This document shows positions 1 through 10,225 of a DNA stretch of 64,000 nucleotides, piece by piece. Numbering within the stretch: position 1 is the stretch's first letter; each line of letters begins with the position of its first letter. Source of the DNA: Escherichia coli (lineage in GTDB: Bacteria; Pseudomonadota; Gammaproteobacteria; Enterobacterales; Enterobacteriaceae); NCBI RefSeq assembly GCF_041248615.1, contig NZ_CP158426.1; one strand, given 5' to 3'. The position numbers were made by a program, and so were the translations under genes. Under the pieces are notes generated by a model. That model had not been told where the DNA came from. It saw nothing but the letters and a program-made list of their open reading frames with translations, and ran no database searches.

Positions 1-843
1 TATACCGCTTTCAGCCCGCTGGTGACGGCTTTGTAATCCTTCCACGACACGAATTTCAGGCTGTTGCGCACCATATGGATGATGCAGAGCTGAATATGCG
101 TCTGCGGGTACACGCTATTTATCGCTTCCGGGAAGCCTTTCAGGCCGTCCACGAAGGCGATAAGGATATCGTTCAGGCCGCGATTTTTCAGTTCCGTCAG
201 TACATTCAGCCAGAACTTTGCACCTTCATTTTCGGCCAGCCACATATCCAGCAGCTCTTTCTGACCGTCGGTATTGATGCCCAGCGCGAGGAACACCGCT
301 TTGTTAATGACACTCCCGCTGTGACGAACCTTAACCACAATACAGTCAAGATAAACAATGGGATACAGTGCATCCAACGGTCGGTTTTGCCATTCAGAGA
401 CCTGTTCTTTAACCGCATCGGTCACTTTGGATATCAGCGTGGGCGAGACATCGGCGTCGTACATTTCTTTGAAGGCTGAGGTAATTTCGCGGGTAGTCAT
501 CCCTCTGGCATACAGCGCCAGGATCTGGTTGTCCATGCCGGTAATGCGGGTCTGATTTTTCTTCACCAGTTGTGGTTCGAAGGTATTTTCACGGTCACGC
601 GGCGTGTTAAGTTCGATCTCGCCATCATCGCACAATACCGTTTTTGACGAGTAGCCATTACGGGTATTAGAGCCTGATTTAGGAGCATTTTTCTCATGAC
701 CTAGATGGTCAGTCAGTTCTGCATTGAGCGCCGTTTCGACGGTAAGCTTTGTCAACATGCGTGAAAACTGGTTGAGGTCGGCTTCGGTTTTAAGGCCTTT
801 GGCCAGTTCAGCCGCAAGGACTTTAAGTTTCTTTTCGTCCATC
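1..843 (-). CDS. IS256-family transposase, N-terminal ~280 aa (C-terminus lies beyond window start)
   Basis: Translation homologous to the intact 402-aa IS256-family transposases at 14961 and 57100. Confidence 0.8.
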
Positions 844-990
844 GTTTGCCTGTCTCCGTTGTTGGAGTGAACATATCAAAAACAGGCAATTACACAATTT
901 TAATTACAGTCTCTTCAGAATGGGTAATCAGTGACCGTCCTGACGGTCACTTTAAAGAAAATGCATATTACACAGAATGGTAAACAGGCT
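1..990 (-). mobile_element. IS256-family insertion sequence (variant A), partial at window start; left end near 990 with ~150-nt leader containing palindrome gtgaccgtcaggacggtcac
   Basis: Minus-strand transposase starts at 843 (MDEKKLK...); terminal sequence gagcctgtttacc (rc) near 990; positions 121-582 identical to 21530-21992. Confidence 0.75.
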
Positions 991-1039
991 CAACATAGAG
1001 CTTGAAGGTAGTTGTTGCCTTGTAATAAAATGTGTGATT

Positions 1040-1639
1040 CATAGACATCGTTTCAATTTTCTCAGTTCAAGTTCAGGCTTGTAATTCTGTTCCTGTATAT
1101 GCTCTTCATTGGGCTGATAGTTTGCATGAACGGCATCGGAGTATGGTGTTTTCTCAGCAAGTTCAAAGTAGCGTTCCATCGGAGTTTTACCGTTGTGAGC
1201 GCTATGAGGACGTTCCCTGTTATAGTAATGCTACCATTCTGCTAGCAATCCCTTCAGGTCATCAGCAGAAAGATCTACGGTAGCGTAAAACTCAGCTTTG
1301 TCTGTCTTTTGGGAACGTCCAACCTTTATTACATCAGGCGACAACTACCTTGAAAAACGCCGTTACTCACCGATCCCCTTCACGGTAATACGCACTATTG
1401 CCAGTGAGATTGAATGAAGTCGTTTTAACTCGCTTTGAATACGTCTTGCACCCAGATTTCGCTGAGAACGTAACTTCCAGAATCAGAGCGACTTCGCAAG
1501 TGCTGGTTTTCGTTGATGGTGAACGCTTGGAGCGACGGCTGTAGCTTTCCAGACCAGCGATGCCCTGAGCCAGATATCTGCGCCACCATTTACACAATGT
1601 GGGCCGAGAAGTGCCACAGTGACGGCATACAAATGTCAA
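1040..1639 (-). pseudogene. IS481/IS3-like transposase fragments (HTH N-terminus 1367-1639; rve C-terminal remnant ~1040-1330)
   Basis: N-terminal HTH-like ORF; C-terminal YYNRERPHSA-type motif in a different frame. Confidence 0.45.
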
Positions 1640-2700
1640 CGACGGATGAAAAGTGGCTCTTACGCAACCTGGATGGAGATTTTCATGCCAGTGGACTCAT
1701 GACCCTCTGCCTGAGTAGTTCAAATCCGGCTCGACCATACATCTGGCCTTTCAGCATTTTTAGTCGATTTACATGACTTTCGACAACCCCCATTATTCCA
1801 GCGACTGCTGATTGCCTCACATATAGCCGCAGCATCAGCTGCCATCCTTGCAGCCACGCGCCGAAGTTACCACTTTCTCGTTGCTCTTTTAACCACTCCC
1901 TCCATGGGGCCAGAAGTCCTCGCTCTGGAGGCCGGGTTGACATTTCAGGGAATGTTCCTGAACACACCCAGAGACTGACTGTCACACGTGATAAGCCTGT
2001 AATACGGGATATTTCCCCTGAACCCACATCCCTTGTTATGTAGTGCCATAACCTCTGTCCAACGCTGATGCCGTTTTTGGCGGGTTTGCTGTTTAAGGCG
2101 TTCCGGACGACGGAGCGATGCTACAGGCACAGACAGTACTGGCTTAGGTGATTTCTTTGGTGACAACCCACTGGCAACAAGACGTATCAGAGGCATCTGT
2201 CTGTACATCATTCGTTCAGGCGCATCGCCAATATTTTTTAGCAGGTGCCATCGATCAGCTATCTGTCTGGCCTGAGGTGCACCTTCACGTGCTGCTGTCG
2301 CATAGACTCCGCCACGGTCACGTGAGACAACCTGTATTTCCGGATATTTTCTGAACCAGGTCGCCAGCGTACTCTGATCGCAACCGGGAAGCAGGACGAG
2401 GGGACGGTGAGTATCAAGATTGACGATTAACGTGCCGTAATGGTGGCCCCGATGCCACGCCCACTCATCAATACCGACATGAGGCGCGCCCGACTGTTTC
2501 GTCTCCGGGGTATTAATAACCCTGCGAAGAAGAGTATCAGCACTGCAACGTAGCCCCACTGCCGTTGCTGCCTGTTTCCCGGCCTCACCTCCGGCTATTA
2601 ATCCCGGTTGACGTTGTAAATTTTGTAACGCCTGTGAATACTGCTGATGTGAACTGTGAAGGGAGGCTGAGACTCGGCAAAATTTTTCGTTAACAGGCAA
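1638..2700 (-). pseudogene. ISL3-family transposase, C-terminal two-thirds, frameshifted
   Basis: ORFs 1945-2700 and 1683-2027 carry IDEWAWHRGHHYGT...VVSRDRGG and NRLKMLKGQMYGRAGFELL motifs; tail 1638-2008 repeated at 58506-58890. Confidence 0.6.
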
Positions 2701-3126
2701 GGGTTATGGCAGCACCAGAGTAAGATGCGTCTGGGCTGAGCAGGGTAAGTGCTGTATCTGGAGGCGATGGCATCTATGAACTGAGTAGCTGTGCTTAAGG
2801 TATTCAACACATAGTGCTGTTTTGCATTTTCCGGGGAGATGGAGGGTTATATACCGTCAGAGCTAATAACTTCTTGACCGTATTGCCATCAGCAAAGTAA
2901 CCGTAGAAATCTCTTAAGTGAGTGTATTAAGTTACCCATAACTTAAAACGGCTTCACTGGTAAGCCTCATACATTTTCTTTCACTCAAGTTGTGGAAGCC
3001 CTCTTTCGTCGAACCGTTCGTTATAAATGCAAAAGATGTATGCTGACCCTCTCAAAGCCGAAATCATACAGAGTTTATGGAAAAGTGGTGAACCAGTCGC
3101 GTCGAAAGTAGATTGAGCTCATATCA

Positions 3127-4320
3127 TTACTTGCTTTTGCAGCAGCGCCAGATAAATACAGTCACCATGCTAAATAATACAGCGGCAAATAATGCCATCA
3201 CAATCAGTGCTATTGCGACACCTGTTTTCGACACCAATGGTACCAACAACGCGCAAAGCCCATAGCCAAGTGTGTGACTGCAAGCGAGCCAGCCCGCGCC
3301 TGCGCCGTCGGCCAGCTTATCATTCAGTAAAAGTTGATAAGCGGGGGTTGCCAGAGCAGCTCCAAATGACAGCACTGCACAGCCTAGGTAAAACAACCAT
3401 AGCTGTTCAGCGAGCATGATAGCCAGACCACTACTCATCAACACCCCGGCACTCAGGAGCAGAGCCACTGGAGTCAGGCGCTGTGGACGGAGTACCACGA
3501 ACTGCGCGATAAGCGCAGCTATTGCGGACAGCCCCAACAACCACGCTACCTGTTGGCTAATAGTGGTGGTATCAGTGGCGAACTGGCGAGTAAGGGCTGG
3601 AGAAAGTCCAAGCTGCATCATGCTCATTGCCGCAGCCAGTAACATTGCGCAAAGCAGATAAGGCAGGAAATCCCGCTTCAGGCTGACGCTCTTGCGCTCC
3701 GGTGTGGGCTGTGGTGGTGTGCCGGGCAACCGCAGAAGCATCACCAGTGCCAGCGCTGGCGCTGCCATCAGCATCCACACTGGCGCCAGAGGGTGAATGA
3801 CCAACATTGCCGCCGCGCACAGCGGCCCGAATAGCCTGCCGCAGCTCAGGCCGGAGCTGATGGTTGCCAGAGCGGCCATGCGATTCCCATCTCCCGCTCT
3901 CTGCAATGCCCAGACCTGACAGGCTGGCACCATTGCTGACACGGTCAGACCGTAGACGATCCGGGCGATGATTAATATTCCCAACCCCACCGCTTTTGTT
4001 ACGGCACCGGTAGCCATCAGCACGCTTCCCAGCCCAAGCAGGGTAAAGCTTACGCCATATCCTCCCAGAGCCCACAGCACCACAGTCTTACTGCCAGTAA
4101 GGGAAATTTGCTTTCCCCACCATGGGGAAGATGGCAGAAACAGCATTGAGCCCAGCATCAGCAGGGCAGCCCATACAGACAGACTCAGATTTGTCTGTAT
4201 GACCAGAACAGGGAGTACAACCAGCAGACCGTTCTGTCCGATACCGAGAAGACCGGCACTGAACGCCAGTGGCCAGCAGGACAGGGTTTTTTGGGGCGTA
4301 TCTTCGATCTTAGATGACAT
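3127..4320 (-). CDS. shiF: MFS transporter ShiF-like, divergent from iucA
   Basis: 397-aa polytopic membrane ORF immediately upstream of and divergent from iucA. Confidence 0.8.
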   Translation of the reverse strand: MSSKIEDTPQKTLSCWPLAFSAGLLGIGQNGLLVVLPVLVIQTNLSLSVWAALLMLGSMLFLPSSPWWGKQISLTGSKTVVLWALGGYGVSFTLLGLGSVLMATGAVTKAVGLGILIIARIVYGLTVSAMVPACQVWALQRAGDGNRMAALATISSGLSCGRLFGPLCAAAMLVIHPLAPVWMLMAAPALALVMLLRLPGTPPQPTPERKSVSLKRDFLPYLLCAMLLAAAMSMMQLGLSPALTRQFATDTTTISQQVAWLLGLSAIAALIAQFVVLRPQRLTPVALLLSAGVLMSSGLAIMLAEQLWLFYLGCAVLSFGAALATPAYQLLLNDKLADGAGAGWLACSHTLGYGLCALLVPLVSKTGVAIALIVMALFAAVLFSMVTVFIWRCCKSK

Positions 4321-4394
4321 TGTAATGTTTCAACACCATGTATTAATTGTGTTTATTTGTAAAATTAATTTTTCTGACAATAACATTTCTCATT

Positions 4395-4413
4395 GATAAT
4401 GATAATCATTATT
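4395..4413. promoter_or_regulatory. Fur box in shiF-iucA intergenic region (gataatgataatcattatt)
   Basis: Near-perfect match to Fur consensus GATAATGATAATCATTATC ~45 bp upstream of iucA start. Confidence 0.85.
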
Positions 4414-4455
4414 GACATAATTGTTATTATTTTACTGTGTAGGAGCTGTTTGATT

Positions 4456-6180
4456 ATGATCCTGCCCTCTGAAAAATCCGCCACAGATGTGGCTGCGCAG
4501 TGCTTCCTGAATGCCTTGATTCGTGAAACCAAAGACTGGCAACTGGCGGAATACCCGCCAGACGAATTGATTATCCCGCTGGACGAACAGAAGTCGCTCC
4601 ATTTCAGAGTGGCTTATTTCTCCCCAACCCAGCATCACCGCTTTGCATTTCCTGCTCATCTGGTCACGGCATCAGGCAGTTATCCTGTCGATTTTACCAC
4701 TCTCTCCCGGCTTATTATTGACAAGCTCCGGCATCAACTTTTTCTGCCAGTTCCCCTCTGCGAAACTTTCCACCAACGCGTGCTGGAAAGCTACGCCCAT
4801 ACGCAACAGACAATTGATGCCCGCCATGACTGGGCCATCCTGCGTGAGAAAGCGTTGAATTTTGGCGAGGCTGAGCAGGCACTGCTGACAGGACACGCTT
4901 TCCACCCTGCACCTAAGTCTCATGAACCGTTTAACCGCCAGGAAGCTGAACGATACCTGCCTGACATGGCACCTCACTTCCCGCTGCGGTGGTTTTCGGT
5001 GGATAAAACGCAAATCGCTGGTGAAAGTCTGCATCTTAACCTTCAACAGCGGTTGACGCGATTTGCCGCAGAAAATGCGCCCCAGTTACTCAACGAATTA
5101 AGTGACAATCAATGGCTGTTCCCGCTGCACCCGTGGCAGGGAGAATATCTTTTGCAGCAGGTGTGGTGCCAGGCACTTTTTGCTAAAGGACTTATCAGAG
5201 ACTTAGGCGAGGCCGGCACGTCGTGGCTGCCGACCACCTCTTCCCGCTCCCTCTACTGTGCTACCAGCCGCGATATGATCAAGTTCTCCCTGAGCGTTCG
5301 GCTGACCAACTCCGTCCGTACTCTGTCTGTGAAAGAGGTGGAGCGAGGAATGCGCCTGGCACGTCTGGCGCAAACCGACGGCTGGCAGATGCTACAGGCC
5401 CGCTTCCCTACTTTCCGGGTAATGCAGGAGGACGGCTGGGCCGGGCTGCGCGATCTTAACGGCAACATCATGCAGGAAAGTTTGTTTTCCCTGCGTGAAA
5501 ACCTGCTGCTGGAGCAGCCGCAAAGCCAGACCAACGTTCTGGTTTCCCTGACTCAGGCCGCACCGGATGGCGGTGATTCGCTGCTGGTTTCGGCGGTAAA
5601 ACGCCTGAGCGATCGCCTCGGTATCACTGTGCAACAGGCCGCCCACGCATGGGTCGATGCTTACTGTCAGCAGGTGCTGAAGCCTCTGTTTACGGCTGAA
5701 GCGGATTACGGCCTGGTGCTGCTGGCGCATCAGCAAAATATTCTTGTGCAGATGCTTGGGGATCTGCCGGTCGGATTTATTTACCGTGACTGCCAGGGCA
5801 GCGCGTTTATGCCTCACGCGACAGAGTGGCTCGATACCATTGACGAGGCGCAGGCGGAAAATATTTTCACCCGTGAGCAGTTGCTGCGCTATTTCCCTTA
5901 TTACCTGCTGGTTAACTCCACTTTTGCCGTAACTGCTGCGCTGGGTGCTGCCGGGCTGGACAGCGAAGCGAATCTGATGGCTCGTGTACGAACATTGCTG
6001 GCTGAAGTGCGTGACCAGGTGACTCATAAAACCTGTCTCAACTATGTTCTGGAAAGTCCGTACTGGAACGTAAAAGGTAACTTTTTCTGTTATCTGAACG
6101 ATCATAACGAGAACACCATCGTTGACCCTTCGGTGATCTATTTTGATTTCGCTAACCCGCTGCAGGCTCAGGAGGTCTGA
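4456..6180 (+). CDS. iucA: Aerobactin synthetase IucA (NIS synthetase)
   Basis: ORF start taken at MILPSEK (4456) with AGGAG RBS; operon order iucABCD-iutA. Confidence 0.93.
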   Translation: MILPSEKSATDVAAQCFLNALIRETKDWQLAEYPPDELIIPLDEQKSLHFRVAYFSPTQHHRFAFPAHLVTASGSYPVDFTTLSRLIIDKLRHQLFLPVPLCETFHQRVLESYAHTQQTIDARHDWAILREKALNFGEAEQALLTGHAFHPAPKSHEPFNRQEAERYLPDMAPHFPLRWFSVDKTQIAGESLHLNLQQRLTRFAAENAPQLLNELSDNQWLFPLHPWQGEYLLQQVWCQALFAKGLIRDLGEAGTSWLPTTSSRSLYCATSRDMIKFSLSVRLTNSVRTLSVKEVERGMRLARLAQTDGWQMLQARFPTFRVMQEDGWAGLRDLNGNIMQESLFSLRENLLLEQPQSQTNVLVSLTQAAPDGGDSLLVSAVKRLSDRLGITVQQAAHAWVDAYCQQVLKPLFTAEADYGLVLLAHQQNILVQMLGDLPVGFIYRDCQGSAFMPHATEWLDTIDEAQAENIFTREQLLRYFPYYLLVNSTFAVTAALGAAGLDSEANLMARVRTLLAEVRDQVTHKTCLNYVLESPYWNVKGNFFCYLNDHNENTIVDPSVIYFDFANPLQAQEV

Positions 6181-7128
6181 ATGTCTGGGGCAAACATTGT
6201 TCACAGCGGATATGGACTGCGCTGTGAAAAACTCGACAAGCCTCTGAATCTTGGCTGGGGGCTGGACAATAGCGCGGTGTTGCACTGGCCCGGGGAGCTG
6301 CCAACAGGATGGCTGTGCGACGCGCTGGATCAGATATTTATCGCCGCACCACAACTTTCAGCAGTGGTTCTTCCCTGGTCCGAATGGTGTGAGGAGCCAC
6401 AGGCGCTGACGCTTTTCGGACAGGTACAAAGCGACATTATCCATCGTTCCGCTTTCTGGCAGTTACCGTTATGGCTGAGTTCTCCGGCAAACCGGGCCTC
6501 CGGTGAAATGGTTTTTGATGCAGAGCGTGAGATTTATTTCCCGCAGCGCCCCCCCCGTCCGCAGGGTGAAGTTTATCGTCGTTACGATCCACGCATTCGC
6601 AGGATGCTGAGTTTCCGCATTGCCGATCCCGTTTCTGATGCAGAACGTTTCACTCGCTGGATGAACGATCCGCGCGTTGAGTATTTCTGGGAGCAAAGTG
6701 GCTCACTGGAGGTACAGATCGCCTATCTGGAACGCCAGCTCACCAGTAAACATGCATTCCCGCTGATTGGTTGTTTCGACGATCGGCCGTTCAGTTATTT
6801 CGAAATCTACTGGGCGGCGGAAGACCGCATTGGTCGCCACTATTCGTGGCAGCCCTTTGACCGTGGCCTGCATCTGCTGGTTGGTGAACAGCAATGGCGC
6901 GGAGCCCACTATGTGCAAAGCTGGCTGCGCGGGGTGACACATTACCTGCTGCTGAATGAGCCACGTACGCAGCGCACAGTACTGGAGCCACGCACCGATA
7001 ACCAGCGCCTGTTCCGCCATCTTGAGCCTGCGGGATACCGGACAATTAAAGAGTTCGACTTCCCACATAAACGCTCGCGCATGGTGATGGCGGATCGTCA
7101 TCACTTCTTCACGGAGGTCGGTCTGTAA
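6181..7128 (+). CDS. iucB: N6-hydroxylysine O-acetyltransferase IucB
   Basis: 315-aa ORF abutting iucA stop; operon context. Confidence 0.92.
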   Translation: MSGANIVHSGYGLRCEKLDKPLNLGWGLDNSAVLHWPGELPTGWLCDALDQIFIAAPQLSAVVLPWSEWCEEPQALTLFGQVQSDIIHRSAFWQLPLWLSSPANRASGEMVFDAEREIYFPQRPPRPQGEVYRRYDPRIRRMLSFRIADPVSDAERFTRWMNDPRVEYFWEQSGSLEVQIAYLERQLTSKHAFPLIGCFDDRPFSYFEIYWAAEDRIGRHYSWQPFDRGLHLLVGEQQWRGAHYVQSWLRGVTHYLLLNEPRTQRTVLEPRTDNQRLFRHLEPAGYRTIKEFDFPHKRSRMVMADRHHFFTEVGL

Positions 7129-8870
7129 TGAATCACAAAGACTGGGATTTGGTCAACCGCCGCTTGGTGGCAAAAATGTTGTCTGAGCTGGAGTATGAGC
7201 AGGTTTTCCACGCGGAATCTCAGGGCGATGACCGCTACTGCATTAACCTGCCGGGAGCACAATGGCGCTTCATCGCTGAACGTGGTATCTGGGGCTGGCT
7301 CTGGATTGATGCTCAAACTCTGCGCTGCGCGGACGAGCCAGTACTGGCTCAGACGCTGCTGATGCAGCTAAAGCAGGTACTGTCAATGAGCGATGCAACC
7401 GTTGCTGAGCATATGCAGGATTTGTATTCCACGCTGCTGGGCGACCTGCAACTGCTGAAAGCCCGTCGCGGGCTGAGCGCCAGTGACCTGATTAATCTTA
7501 GTGCCGACCGCCTGCAATGCCTGCTGAGCGGTCATCCTAAATTCGTTTTTAATAAAGGTCGCCGTGGCTGGGGTAAAGAGGCGCTGGAACGATATGCGCC
7601 AGAGTATGCCAACACCTTTAGACTGCACTGGCTGGCGGTAAAACGTGAACATATGATCTGGCGCTGTGATAACGAGATGGATATTCATCAGTTGTTGACG
7701 GCCGCAATGGATCCGCAGGAGTTTGCCCGCTTCAGTCAGGTCTGGCAGGAAAACGGACTGGATCATAACTGGCTGCCGCTGCCTGTACATCCGTGGCAGT
7801 GGCAGCAAAAAATCGCCACCGACTTCATCGCTGATTTTGCCGAAGGCAGGATGGTGTCTCTCGGCGAGTTTGGCGACCAGTGGCTCGCCCAGCAGTCGCT
7901 GCGTACCCTGACCAACGCCAGTCGCCGGGGTGGGCTGGATATCAAGCTGCCGCTGACCATCTACAACACCTCATGCTACCGGGGGATTCCTGGCAGATAC
8001 ATCGCTGCCGGACCACTGGCTTCACGCTGGCTACAACAGGTTTTTGCGACCGACGCTACCCTGGTGCAAAGCGGTGCAGTGATCCTTGGTGAACCGGCTG
8101 CAGGCTATGTCTCCCATGAAGGCTATGCCGCGCTTGCCCGGGCTCCCTATCGCTACCAGGAAATGCTTGGTGTTATCTGGCGGGAGAATCCGTGCCGCTG
8201 GCTGAAACCGGATGAAAGTCCGGTTCTGATGGCAACACTGATGGAGTGCGACGAAAACGATCAGCCGCTGGCAGGCGCATATATAGACCGCTCCGGGCTG
8301 GACGCTGAAACCTGGCTTACGCAACTGTTCCGGGTGGTCGTGGTTCCTCTGTATCACCTGCTTTGCCGCTACGGTGTCGCGCTTATTGCACATGGACAAA
8401 ATATAACGCTCGCCATGAAAAAGGGGGTTCCACAGCGTGTTCTGCTGAAAGACTTCCAGGGCGATATGCGGCTGGTGAAAGAAGAGTTCCCCGAAATGGA
8501 CTCTTTGCCTCAGGAGGTTCGTGATGTTACATCCCGCCTGAGTGCGGACTACTTAATCCATGATTTGCAGACGGGTCACTTCGTGACAGTACTGCGTTTT
8601 ATTTCGCCACTGATGGTTCGTCTTGGCGTACCTGAACGGCGATTTTATCAACTGCTGGCAGCAGTGTTGAGTGATTACATGAAAAAACATCCACAAATGT
8701 CAGAGCGTTTTGCGCTTTTCTCACTTTTCAGGCCACAAATCATTCGCGTGGTGCTGAACCCGGTAAAACTGACCTGGCCTGATCTGGATGGCGGCAGCCG
8801 CATGCTGCCGAATTACCTTGAGGATCTGCAAAATCCGCTGTGGCTGGTAACTCAGGAATATGAATCATGA
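7128..8870 (+). CDS. iucC: Aerobactin synthetase IucC (NIS synthetase)
   Basis: 580-aa ORF overlapping iucB stop; paralogous to IucA. Confidence 0.93.
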   Translation: MNHKDWDLVNRRLVAKMLSELEYEQVFHAESQGDDRYCINLPGAQWRFIAERGIWGWLWIDAQTLRCADEPVLAQTLLMQLKQVLSMSDATVAEHMQDLYSTLLGDLQLLKARRGLSASDLINLSADRLQCLLSGHPKFVFNKGRRGWGKEALERYAPEYANTFRLHWLAVKREHMIWRCDNEMDIHQLLTAAMDPQEFARFSQVWQENGLDHNWLPLPVHPWQWQQKIATDFIADFAEGRMVSLGEFGDQWLAQQSLRTLTNASRRGGLDIKLPLTIYNTSCYRGIPGRYIAAGPLASRWLQQVFATDATLVQSGAVILGEPAAGYVSHEGYAALARAPYRYQEMLGVIWRENPCRWLKPDESPVLMATLMECDENDQPLAGAYIDRSGLDAETWLTQLFRVVVVPLYHLLCRYGVALIAHGQNITLAMKKGVPQRVLLKDFQGDMRLVKEEFPEMDSLPQEVRDVTSRLSADYLIHDLQTGHFVTVLRFISPLMVRLGVPERRFYQLLAAVLSDYMKKHPQMSERFALFSLFRPQIIRVVLNPVKLTWPDLDGGSRMLPNYLEDLQNPLWLVTQEYES

Positions 8871-10144
8871 AAAAAAGTGTCGATTTTATTGGTGTAGGGA
8901 CAGGGCCATTTAATCTCAGCATTGCTGCGTTGTCACATCAGATCGAAGAACTGGACTGTCTCTTCTTTGATGAACATCCTCATTTTTCCTGGCATCCGGG
9001 TATGCTGGTACCGGATTGTCATATGCAGACCGTCTTTCTGAAAGATCTGGTCAGTGCTGTTGCACCTACAAATCCCTACAGCTTTGTTAACTATCTGGTG
9101 AAGCACAAAAAGTTCTATCGCTTCCTTACAAGCAGACTACGTACAGTATCCCGTGAAGAGTTTTCTGACTACCTCCGCTGGGCTGCTGAAGATATGAATA
9201 ACCTGTATTTCAGTCATACCGTTGAAAACATTGATTTCGATAAAAAACGTCGATTGTTTCTGGTGCAAACCAGCCGGGGAGAATATTTTGCCCACAATAT
9301 CTGCCTTGGTACAGGAAAACAACCTTATTTACCACCCTGTGTGAAGCATATGACACAATCCTGTTTCCATGCCAGTGAAATGAATCTTCGTCGGCCGGAC
9401 CTTAGTGAAAAACGGGTAACCGTGGTTGGTGGAGGACAGAGTGGTGCAGACCTGTTCCTTAATGCATTACGCGGGGAATGGGGAGAAGCGGCGGAAATAA
9501 ACTGGATCTCCCGGCGGAATAATTTTAACGCACTGGATGAGGCTGCTTTTGCTGATGAGTATTTTACACCTGAATATATTTCAGGCTTCTCCGGACTGGA
9601 GGAAGATATTCGCCATCAGTTACTGGATGAGCAGAAAATGACATCGGATGGCATCACTGCCGATTCTTTACTGACCATTTATCGTGAGTTGTACCACCGT
9701 TTTGAAGTTCTGAGAAAACCAAGAAATATCCGTCTGCTACCCAGCCGCTCGGTAACAACTCTGGAAAGTAGTGGTCCTGGCTGGAAGTTGCTGATGGAGC
9801 ATCATCTGGATCAGGGCAGGGAGAGCCTGGAAAGTGATGTGGTGATTTTCGCCACAGGTTACCGTTCTGCGTTGCCACAAATACTTCCCTCACTGATGCC
9901 GCTGATCACCATGCACGATAAGAACACCTTTAAAGTGCGTGATGACTTCACTCTGGAATGGAGTGGCCCGAAAGAGAACAACATCTTCGTGGTCAACGCC
10001 AGTATGCAAACCCATGGCATCGCCGAACCTCAGCTCAGCCTGATGGCATGGAGATCTGCACGTATTCTTAATCGTGTAATGGGACGTGATTTATTCGATC
10101 TCAGTATGCCGCCCGCCCTGATTCAGTGGCGCAGCGGCACCTAG
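8867..10144 (+). CDS. iucD: L-lysine N6-monooxygenase IucD
   Basis: 425-aa ORF with N-terminal FAD-binding GVGTGP motif; overlaps iucC stop. Confidence 0.92.
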   Translation: MKKSVDFIGVGTGPFNLSIAALSHQIEELDCLFFDEHPHFSWHPGMLVPDCHMQTVFLKDLVSAVAPTNPYSFVNYLVKHKKFYRFLTSRLRTVSREEFSDYLRWAAEDMNNLYFSHTVENIDFDKKRRLFLVQTSRGEYFAHNICLGTGKQPYLPPCVKHMTQSCFHASEMNLRRPDLSEKRVTVVGGGQSGADLFLNALRGEWGEAAEINWISRRNNFNALDEAAFADEYFTPEYISGFSGLEEDIRHQLLDEQKMTSDGITADSLLTIYRELYHRFEVLRKPRNIRLLPSRSVTTLESSGPGWKLLMEHHLDQGRESLESDVVIFATGYRSALPQILPSLMPLITMHDKNTFKVRDDFTLEWSGPKENNIFVVNASMQTHGIAEPQLSLMAWRSARILNRVMGRDLFDLSMPPALIQWRSGT

Positions 10145-10225
10145 GGAAAACGCAGCCGGAGGCTGCTTCTTTAACTCGCTACACAGCATCTTTGGGCTGA
10201 TTTTTTCCGCCCGTGTGGAGGAATA

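Noticed and set aside
908-990. Apparent solo right-end fragment of an IS256-family element
   Set aside because: Re-reading shows it is the outer leader and terminal repeat of the minus-strand variant A copy occupying 1-990, not a separate fragment
1700-1735. tRNA T-arm-like motif (agttcaaatccggctcgacc)
   Set aside because: No matching acceptor stem or anticodon arm, and it lies within the ISL3-family transposase remnant; no tRNA was found in the window
4393-4455. Upstream in-frame ATG giving IucA an N-terminal extension MIMIIIIDIIVIILLCRSCLI
   Set aside because: The extension is encoded by the AT-rich promoter and Fur-box sequence and has no RBS; the ATG at 4456 has an AGGAG RBS and a conventional N-terminus
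5392-6354. 320-aa minus-strand ORF inside iucA/iucB, and similar long antisense ORFs within iucC, iutA, sitC and phoX
   Set aside because: They lie fully antisense to well-supported genes with clear operon structure and have no RBS or motif support; typical GC-rich antisense ORFs
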